The translations under genes were made by a program, and so were the position numbers. Of a stretch of DNA of 64,000 nt, positions 56,973-64,000 are shown one piece after another. This stretch comes from an uncultured Actinomycetes bacterium. Its GTDB lineage: Bacteria; Actinomycetota; Thermoleophilia; UBA2241. How positions within the stretch are numbered: the stretch's first letter is position 1; each line of letters begins with the position of its first letter. The notes beneath the pieces were generated by a model that made no database searches, was not told the DNA's origin, and worked only from the letters and a program-made list of their open reading frames with translations. The stretch spans positions 32,001-96,000 of the forward strand of contig CAVWIH010000030.1 in NCBI GenBank assembly GCA_963755025.1, read 5' to 3'.

Positions 56973-58018
56973 CTAGGCGTCCTTGCCCGCCCGCACCTGG
57001 ATCATCTCGGCGACGATGCTGATGGCGAGCTCGGCCGGCGTCTCGGCGCCGATCTGCAGGCCCACCGGCGAGTGCACGCGCGCGAGCGCCTCGTCGTTGA
57101 AGCCGGCCTCGCGCAGCGTGTCGGCGATGCGCTTGCGCTTGGTGCGGCTGGCCATGAGGCCCACGTAGCGAGCCGGTGTGCGCAGCGCCTGCTGGAGCAC
57201 GGTCATGTCGTGGGTGTGTCCCGCGCGTGACGATCACGACGTAGCACTGCTCGTCGACCGCCACCCGGGTGAGCGCCCCCTCGAACGACGACAGCAGGAC
57301 GACCTGGGCGCCGGGGAACAGCCGCGGGTCGGCGAACTCTTCGCGGTCGTCGAGCACGACCGTGCGCCAGCCGGCGCGCGCCACGACCGGCGCCAGGGCG
57401 CGGCCCACGTGGCCGGCGCCGCAGATGATCGCCGTGGAGGGCGCGATCGAGCGCCTCGACCAGCACCTCGCGACCGTCGGGCAGCCGGGCGTGCCGTGCA
57501 CGTTGATCTTGCCGACCGCCTTGCGCAGGCTCGCCGGCTCGCACGGCCGCGCGCCGACGAGCGGTGTCGTCGTCGCGCAGCAGGCAGTACTCGACGGCGC
57601 CGCCGACCGCGGCGGGCAGCACGGTGAACAGCCAGGCGCGGCGCTGGGCGGCGGCCGCCTCGCGCAGCGCCGCGCAGACCTCGGCGAGCACCGGGTCGCC
57701 CGGCGCGACGTAGGCGATCAGCACGTCGGCGGCGCCGCCGCAGATCATCTCGTCGGCGCTGTCGACGTCGGTGCCGCGCAGCCCCATGCTGGTGATCTCG
57801 GAGCGCTTGCGCTGCAGTCGCCTCGGCCGCCTTGCGCATCATCGAAGCCTCGAGCAGGCCGCCGCCGATCGTGCCGGCGATGGAGCCGTCGCGGCGCACG
57901 AGCATCTCGGCGCCGGCCTGGCGCGGCGTCGAGCCGCTGTTCGGCGACCAGCCGCACCAGGGCGAAGTCCTGCCCGGACTGCAGTAGCTGCCAGCACCTC
58001 GTCGACGATCTCTTTCAT
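56973..58018 (-). CDS. XdhC/CoxI family molybdoenzyme maturation factor (frameshifted)
   Basis: GSTPRQAGA.M, GTIGGGLLE, MICGG, ICGAGHVG, DDREEF, VTRG.H, YVGLMAS, SPVGL.IGAETPAELAISI.AE. Confidence 0.88.
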
Positions 58019-59504
58019 CGGCGTCTCCTGGGCGTTCGTCGATCAACATGCGTTTGCCGGCGCCGTCGCTGCCGGTCCACGGCGCGGCGGCCGCGAGACC
58101 TCGACCCGCAGGCGCCCGGCCGCCGTGGCCGCGGCCACGGCCGGGAAGCTGTGCGAGGGCGGCGGCGGCGCGGCGCGGCCGCGCCGCGCCGCAGCCGCCC
58201 TCGCAGAGCACGCTCGACCGTGAGCCGTTCTTCAGTCGCCATCGACGCTCAGAGCGCGCGCGAAAGTCGAGCACGTCGTCGAGCGCGAAGAGCGCCTCGT
58301 CGAGGTCGGCCAGGCTCAGCCGCTCGCCGCCGGCCAGCATGGCGACGTCGCCGCGGCGCTCGCGCACCGTGCGCCAGCAGGCGCAACCGACGAGCCGCAG
58401 GGACAGGGCTCGGCGACGAAGCGGCCCAGGTCGCCGGTGCGATAGCGGATCAGCGGCATCGCCTCGCGGGTGAGGGTCGTGAAGACGATCTCGCCCTCCT
58501 GCCCGAGCGGCAGCGGCGCGCCGCTCAGCGGGGTCGACGACCTCGAACAGCAGGTCGGCCTCGCGCAGCGTGCAGGCCGGCGTGAGCGGCGCACTCCACG
58601 CCGCCGCCCAGGCCCATCTCGGTCGTGCCGTAGTGGTTGAAGACGCGGCAGTCCCAGGCCTGCTCGATGGCCGCCGCGATCGCCTGCGGCACGTGGTCGG
58701 TGCTGAGCAGCACGCTGCGCACGTTCAGGCGCCGCCCCTGGGCGACGCTGCGCCGCGCCAGGGCCAGGACCTGCACGGGGATGCCGACCACGACGCTCGC
58801 CTGCTCGCCTTCGAGACCGTCGAGCGCGGCGGCGACGTCGCTGACCGGACCGTAAGGCAGCGGCGTCGCGCCGAGCCGCTCGAGGCCGCGGGCCAGCAAG
58901 CTCGCCGACGCTGCCCGGCCGCTCGCCGGGCAGCAGGATCAGCACGCGGTCGCGGGCCCGGCGAAGCACCGACATGCCGCAGCTGGAAGAAGTCGATCGT
59001 GAGCTCCTGATCGGCGGCGCTGAACGCGATGCGCTTGGGCTCGCCGGACGTGCCCGAGGTGGGCAGCGTGACGATGCGCTCGACCTCGCCAGCGGGCACG
59101 CAGCGCAGCCGCGCGCCCTCGGCGCGCAGCGTCGTCGGCGGTCGTGAAGGGCAGCGCGGCGAGGTCGTCGAGGGAGGCGCACGTCGTACACGCCGACGGC
59201 GCTCAGGCGTTCGGCGTAGAACGGACTGTGGGCCTTGACGTGGGCGACGGTCTCGCGCAGCGCCGCCAGCTGATGGCGGCGCAGGTCGTCGGGCGCGCTG
59301 CGCTCCGGCCGCCCGGTCGTGGCCCTGGCCGGCGCCCCGGCGCCGGGCGGCGCGAGCGGCGCCGGCACTCGGTCGCCGGCCGGTGCGACCGGCGCCGGCA
59401 GCGGCCGGCCGGGCCCCACGGCGCCCGCCACGCGCGCCGCGACCCAGGCGTCGAGCGACGTGAGCGCCGGCTCCGCCGGCGCGGCCGCCCCGCCGCAGAG
59501 TCAC
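58015..59504 (-). CDS. AMP-dependent CoA ligase (PaaK/DVU_1553-like; several frameshifts)
   Basis: SPFY, TSGTSGEPKR, DQELTIDFF, HYGTTEMGLGGGVEC, TTLTREAMPLIRYRTGD. Confidence 0.85.
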
Positions 59505-59902
59505 GGCGAGAGCTTCCCGCGGTCGGCGAGGATCTGCATGGCGGTCTCGTAGGTGCGCGCCATGATCGACGGGCACTTGGTGTAGCGGTCGAGGGGGTCG
59601 TCGCTCAGGATCTCGCAGCAGGCGAGCGAACCGTACTCGCCGCGGAACCAGTCGACGAGCTCGGCCACGAGGGCGCCGTCGAACGGCGGCGAGCCGCGCA
59701 GCGCCATGGCGAGCGCGCCGCCGGCCAGGGCGCCGCAGTCGGCGCCCGAGAACATGCCGACGCACAGCGCCGCCACCGCGTCGACCATCTGCTCGTTCTC
59801 CGCGCCGAGCTCGTCGAGCGCCACCTGCACCAGGACCTGCGTGCAGCAGTAGCCCCGCAGGGCGAGCTCGTTTATGCGCGCGGCGCGCTCGTCGTCGTTC
59901 AT
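59501..59902 (-). CDS. C-GCAxxG-C-C family redox protein (DVU_1555-like)
   Basis: GYCCTQ, LCVG....CGALAGG, WF..YG..CCEIL, C..I. Confidence 0.85.
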   Translation of the reverse strand: MNDDERAARINELALRGYCCTQVLVQVALDELGAENEQMVDAVAALCVGMFSGADCGALAGGALAMALRGSPPFDGALVAELVDWFRGEYGSLACCEILSDDPLDRYTKCPSIMARTYETAMQILADRGKLSP

Positions 59903-59936
59903 GATCTGCCCATGGCGTGCTGCCCTCGTCGATCGT

Positions 59937-60761
59937 TCACGGCGTGCCGCCCTCGTCGTGCGCGCCGAGTGGGTCGCTCACGTCGGAGGCCGCGCCGTGC
60001 TTGCCGGCCTCGCCGCGCGCCCGCTCGCCGAGCCGCGCGATGCAGAGACAGTATCCCAGGCCGCCGAGGCCGCGCGAGCGGGCCGGCTCGGCTCGGCCGT
60101 CGGCGCGGTCGCCGAGGTCGGCCGGCGGCGCGGCCACCCCGACCGCCGCCCAGAACGCCGCCATCGAGCCGTGCTGCTCGACGATGTCCCAGACAAGACG
60201 GGCCAGAAGCCCAGATTGGTCTTCCCAGGTCGTGACGTCAAACCCGTGCTCGTCGAGCAGCGTGCGCAGGCCGTCGGGCCGGCCGCGCCGGTAGATGTCG
60301 CTGACCAGCAGCAGCCCGCCGGGGCGCAGCACGCGGGCGCACTCGGCGACCGCCCGCGCCGGCTCGTCGGCGAGCGACAGCGAGCATTCGGCGAGCACCG
60401 CGTCGTAGGAGTCGTCGTCGAACGGCAGCTCCTCGGCGCGGCCCTGGCGCAGGTCGAGCTCGGGCCGGTGCCGGTGGCCCTCTTCGAGCAGCACCGGTGA
60501 CGGGTCGAGGCCGGTGGCGAGCATGCCGTAGCGCAGCGTGAGGTGCTCGACCGCGAGGCCGTCGGCGCAGCCCACGTCGAGCACGACCGAGCCGCGCGGC
60601 AGCGCGCTCAGGCTGAGGGCGCGGTCGGTGAGCTCGAGGCCGCCCGGGCGGCGGCAGCCCCCGGCGACGGCTTGCAGCACGGCGCCTTCGTAGAGGCACG
60701 GCACGGCGAGCACGGCGGGCGTCGTCCCCCAGATGCTGGCGTGGGTCTCGCGCGCGCTCAC
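59937..60761 (-). CDS. Class I SAM methyltransferase (DVU_1556-like)
   Basis: RPGGLELT, VLDVGCADG, GLD.S, AEELPF, ECSLS, RVLRPGG..SDIY, GYCL. Confidence 0.85.
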   Translation of the reverse strand: MSARETHASIWGTTPAVLAVPCLYEGAVLQAVAGGCRRPGGLELTDRALSLSALPRGSVVLDVGCADGLAVEHLTLRYGMLATGLDPSPVLLEEGHRHRPELDLRQGRAEELPFDDDSYDAVLAECSLSLADEPARAVAECARVLRPGGLLLVSDIYRRGRPDGLRTLLDEHGFDVTTWEDQSGLLARLVWDIVEQHGSMAAFWAAVGVAAPPADLGDRADGRAEPARSRGLGGLGYCLCIARLGERARGEAGKHGAASDVSDPLGAHDEGGTP

Positions 60762-62177
60762 ACAGGCCCCGCAGTCGAGCTCCGCCCGACGCCGAGCCCC
60801 TGCCCGCCGGCGGCCGTCAGGTTGTAGGCGCAGAACGGGACGAAGCGCCCGTCGGGCGCGAGCACGTGCAGGTAGCAGTGCCGGAGGCGCTCGAGATCGA
60901 CCGTCCAGGCGTCCTGGAACGCCATGGCGCTCACGCTGAACGTGTTCTCGCGGATCTGCCGCAGGATGCCGTCCCACTGGTCTTCGGGTGCATGATCCGC
61001 CGCGCAGCAGCTCTTCGCCGGCGCCGACCAGCGCTGCGCCACGTGCGCCGCCTTGTCGGTCGGTCGCGGCGCCGCTGTCGGTCGGTCGCGGCGCCGCCTT
61101 GTCGGCCGGTCGCGGCGCCGCGGAAGACTGGTCGGCAGCGGCGCCGCAACACCCGGAGCCCTCGGCCGCCTCGCGCCGCAGCGCCACGAGCGTGCCGTCG
61201 GGCGCCTGCAGGTACTCCCTGCTGAACGAGCAGAGGGCGTGCTCGCAGTCGCCGGGAGCGAGGTCCTCGAGGGCGATGCGTCCGTCGCTCTGTTCCGCCA
61301 GCTCCCTCATGACGTCGGGGAGCGTCACGCGAGCGCCGGCGGCGGCGAGCGCGTCGGGGTACCTGCCCAGCAGCGCCAGCGGCTGAAGATGGATCCCGCG
61401 CACGGCGGGCAGGTGCTCGAGGGCGAAGGAGAGGATCAGCCCGAGCTGGTCGAGGTTGACCCCGCGCGCGACGGTCGGCACGAGCACGACGCCCAGGCCG
61501 GCCTCGGCGCAGCGCTCCACCGCGCGCAGCTTCAGCGCGGCCAGCGCACGGCCGCGCAGGGCGAGGTAGGCGGCGTCGTCGACGCCGTCGAACTGCAGAA
61601 AGACGGTCTGCAGACCGGCGGCGGCGAGCGTCTGCGCGTACCCGTCGTCTGTCGCGAGCCGCAGCCCGTTGGTGTTCAACTGCAGAAAGGAGACGCCGAG
61701 AGAGCGTCCGAGGGCGACGACCTGCGGCAGGTCGTCGCGCACGGTCGGCTCGCCGCCGGAGAGCTGCACGTTGCCGCCGGGCGCCCGCTCGAGCACGCGC
61801 CGGAACCAGCCCTCGATCTCGTCGATCGAGGGGTCCGGCGCGCTGCGCCGCCGGGCGCTCGCAAAGCAGATCGGGCACTCGAGGTCGCACCGCGCCGTCA
61901 CCTCGAGCAGCACGCAGCACGTCTGCCGCACGTGACCCGCGCACAGGCCGCAGGCCGTCGGGCAGTCGGGGTTCTCGGCCGGGTCGCCGCAGCTCGGCCC
62001 CGAGCCGGCCGCGCGCCACTCGTCGTAGTCGGGCGGCCCGCGCCAGATCAGCGCCCCCACCTGACCGTGCTCGGGGCAGGTCCGCTCCAGCCACACGTTG
62101 CCGCCGCGCCGCACCACCGACGCCCGCAGCCGGCGAAGGCACAGCGGACACAGGCTCGTGGTCTGGGTCTCTCTCAC
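60758..62177 (-). CDS. Radical SAM protein, TrsS-like (frameshift near 61050)
   Basis: SLCPLC, CPEHG, CPTACGLC..H, CDLECPIC, QLSGGEPT, NTNG, FLQFDG, MAFQDAW..DLERL..C, PFCAYN. Confidence 0.87.
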
Positions 62178-62193
62178 CTGCCGACGCTCCCGC

Positions 62194-64000
62194 TCACTTG
62201 TCTTCGAGGGCCAGTTCGACCTCGTGCATGCGGCCCGTGGCGAGCCGCTCGCTCACCAGGACGAGGCCGTGCTCGAGACAGGCCGGCAGCTTCACCGGAA
62301 AGCCGGCCACCAGGTACGAGAGCGTCACCGAGCGCGGCTCGAGGGCGTGGTCGCCCCTGGCGCAGCGCCAGACGCGGCCGTCGTCGTCTTCGAGGGCGTC
62401 GGCGGCGGGCCAGGGCGGGGGCTTTATCTCCATACGGTGACTATAGGCGCTGTACACCACGAAACGCTCGCCCTGGGGAGCGTACTCGACCCAGAAGGTG
62501 ACGGCGCCGATGGTCCGCGCGGCCAGCAGGCGCCCGGTGCTCGGCTCGATGAAGCGGTCTCCCGTCTTCTGCGCGTGGACGATCACCTCGTGGACCTCGT
62601 CGGGACGGATGAAGCGCTGTTCGAGGAGCTCCTCGACCCCGGGCGCGAGCTCCAGGTCGTCGCGCCAGCTCGACGTGACGGCGGGGCCCTCGTGCCACAC
62701 GTCGGCCAGCAGGCGCCGCTTTAAGGCGACGCGCTGCGCCGAGCGCTGCGTGAGCGCCGGTCCGCGGCGCGCGGCGCGCGTCTCGTAGGCGTCGCCGAAC
62801 AGCAGGTCGAGGACGTGCAGCGAGCGCTTGCCCCGCGCCACGAAGCGGTCGCGGCACATGGCGCAGTGGGCGACGTAGTCGGCGTCGCCCTCGGCGATGC
62901 GCCGGTCGACGACGGTGTCGCCCATCTCCGGGTTCGCGTAGAGCATGAGGCCGCCAAAGCCGCAACACTCCGTGCGCTCGCCCGACATCTCGAGCTCGTC
63001 GATCTCGTAGCCGCAGGCGCCGACCACGTCGCGCACCGCGCGCTGGACGTCGTGCTGGTAGCGCGCCGTGCAGGCGTCGTGGATGGCCACGCGGCGTCCG
63101 CCGCCCGAGCCGGCCGCGCCGTCGGGCAGCCCCACCTCGCGCAGTACCTCCCACAGCGACACCGTCTCGAACTCGGGCAGCCGCCTGGCAAAGACGGTCT
63201 CGCAGGTGGGACAGGCGAGGATCAGGCGTCGCGCGCCGAGGCCGTTCAGGTGCTCGCGCAGGCCCTCGAGCGTCTCGTCGAAGAGCTCTCCCTGGCCGGC
63301 CCAGTCGGCCGGCGCGCCGCAGCAGTAGAGCACGAGCCCGGTGGTCGGCGAGTAGCGTTCGCGCAGGTAGGCGTAGGCCTGCTCGAGGTGCCCCGGGTCG
63401 GACGCCGCCAGCTGGCAGCCCGGAAAGAAGACCGTGTCGCTCGTGGCGGCGCCCGGGGCGTGGCGCGCCAGCGCCGACTGCTCGCCGACGGCCAGGCGCA
63501 GGTCCTGCAGGGCGAAGTCGAAGGCCGAGGCCGGCATGCGACCCTGGCGCACCATCTCGCGGCGGGCGTCGCCGATCACCTCGGCCATGTCGAGGTCGAC
63601 CGGACAGACCTCGTAGCACAGGCGGCAGCGACTGCAGGAGTCGATCATGCGGTTGGTCGTGCGGCTGCCCCTGCCCTGCGTCACCGTGAGGTTGTTGTAG
63701 ATGCGGCGCGCGTAGAGGCCGGGGTGCGAGCCGAACTGCTCCAGGTACGAGCACGCCTTGACGCACTCGAGACACTCGCACTGCAGGCAGCGCGCCGCCT
63801 CGGCTCTCGCCTCGTCGCGCGAGTAGCCGGCGGCGGGGTCGGCCGGGTCCACGGGCGGCGCACTCTCGACGCCGTCCATGTTGACGATCAGGCCGGTGGC
63901 GTAGCCGCCGCGATCGCCGCGCGAGGCGCCGAGCGAGACGTGCTGCAGCTGGCGGTCGATGGAGAGCGCCGCCCGGCGACCGTCGGCGATCGAAGAGATC
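62194..64000 (-). CDS. Pyridine nucleotide-disulfide oxidoreductase/Fe-S CCG-domain protein fused to a DVU_1557-like C-terminal domain (5' end outside window)
   Basis: DGRRAALSIDR, EAARCLQCECLECVKAC, CSRCRLCYEVCP, FFPGCQL, CCG, HDAC, CCGFGG, C-terminal ..EVELALEDK. Confidence 0.85.
   Translation of the reverse strand, partial: ISSIADGRRAALSIDRQLQHVSLGASRGDRGGYATGLIVNMDGVESAPPVDPADPAAGYSRDEARAEAARCLQCECLECVKACSYLEQFGSHPGLYARRIYNNLTVTQGRGSRTTNRMIDSCSRCRLCYEVCPVDLDMAEVIGDARREMVRQGRMPASAFDFALQDLRLAVGEQSALARHAPGAATSDTVFFPGCQLAASDPGHLEQAYAYLRERYSPTTGLVLYCCGAPADWAGQGELFDETLEGLREHLNGLGARRLILACPTCETVFARRLPEFETVSLWEVLREVGLPDGAAGSGGGRRVAIHDACTARYQHDVQRAVRDVVGACGYEIDELEMSGERTECCGFGGLMLYANPEMGDTVVDRRIAEGDADYVAHCAMCRDRFVARGKRSLHVLDLLFGDAYETRAARRGPALTQRSAQRVALKRRLLADVWHEGPAVTSSWRDDLELAPGVEELLEQRFIRPDEVHEVIVHAQKTGDRFIEPSTGRLLAARTIGAVTFWVEYAPQGERFVVYSAYSHRMEIKPPPWPAADALEDDDGRVWRCARGDHALEPRSVTLSYLVAGFPVKLPACLEHGLVLVSERLATGRMHEVELALEDK

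Noticed and set aside
58228-58240. TGA in the 3' part of the CoA ligase as a possible second Sec codon
   Set aside because: Lies in a heavily frameshifted stretch, not at a Cys-type motif, and no convincing SECIS
59937-62177. Apparent radical SAM-methyltransferase fusion
   Set aside because: The true radical SAM C-terminus (MAFQDAW..PFCAYN) is in another frame ending at 60758; the fusion arises from a frameshift in a repeat

Overview
GC-rich bacterial chromosome segment; gene content suggests an anaerobic or microaerophilic Actinomycetota, possibly Thermoleophilia-like (inference). Many genes carry apparent 1-bp frameshifts, probably long-read consensus errors. In order: ABC ATPase, GGDEF protein, split pntAB, a DtxR-feoB-Mo-oxidoreductase operon with a candidate DtxR operator, a fluoride riboswitch ahead of a cation:proton antiporter, hutH, copCD, an orphan rpsR next to a cold-shock gene, arsC-like, an RpoD-family sigma factor, pirin, a GrdB/PrdB-like selenoprotein (in-frame UGA plus SECIS-like hairpin), GAF-GGDEF, a BNR/YCF48-repeat secreted protein, nadE, a giant PPDK-like protein lacking the pyruvate barrel next to dhaKL and a DhaM-HPr-EI fusion, trpEGDCFBA, a lower-GC patch with tandem unknown paralogs, and a ~14 kb Mo/W-cofactor locus. 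That locus holds a DVU_1551-1558/TrsS-like aldehyde-oxidoreductase maturation cluster extended by a HAD hydrolase and a second radical SAM protein, then a P3-less Moco/Wco riboswitch leading to an NAD-dependent ALDH, a ModE-like regulator, a BlaI-like regulator and a 4Fe-4S protein. All calls come from reading motifs; no database searches were run.
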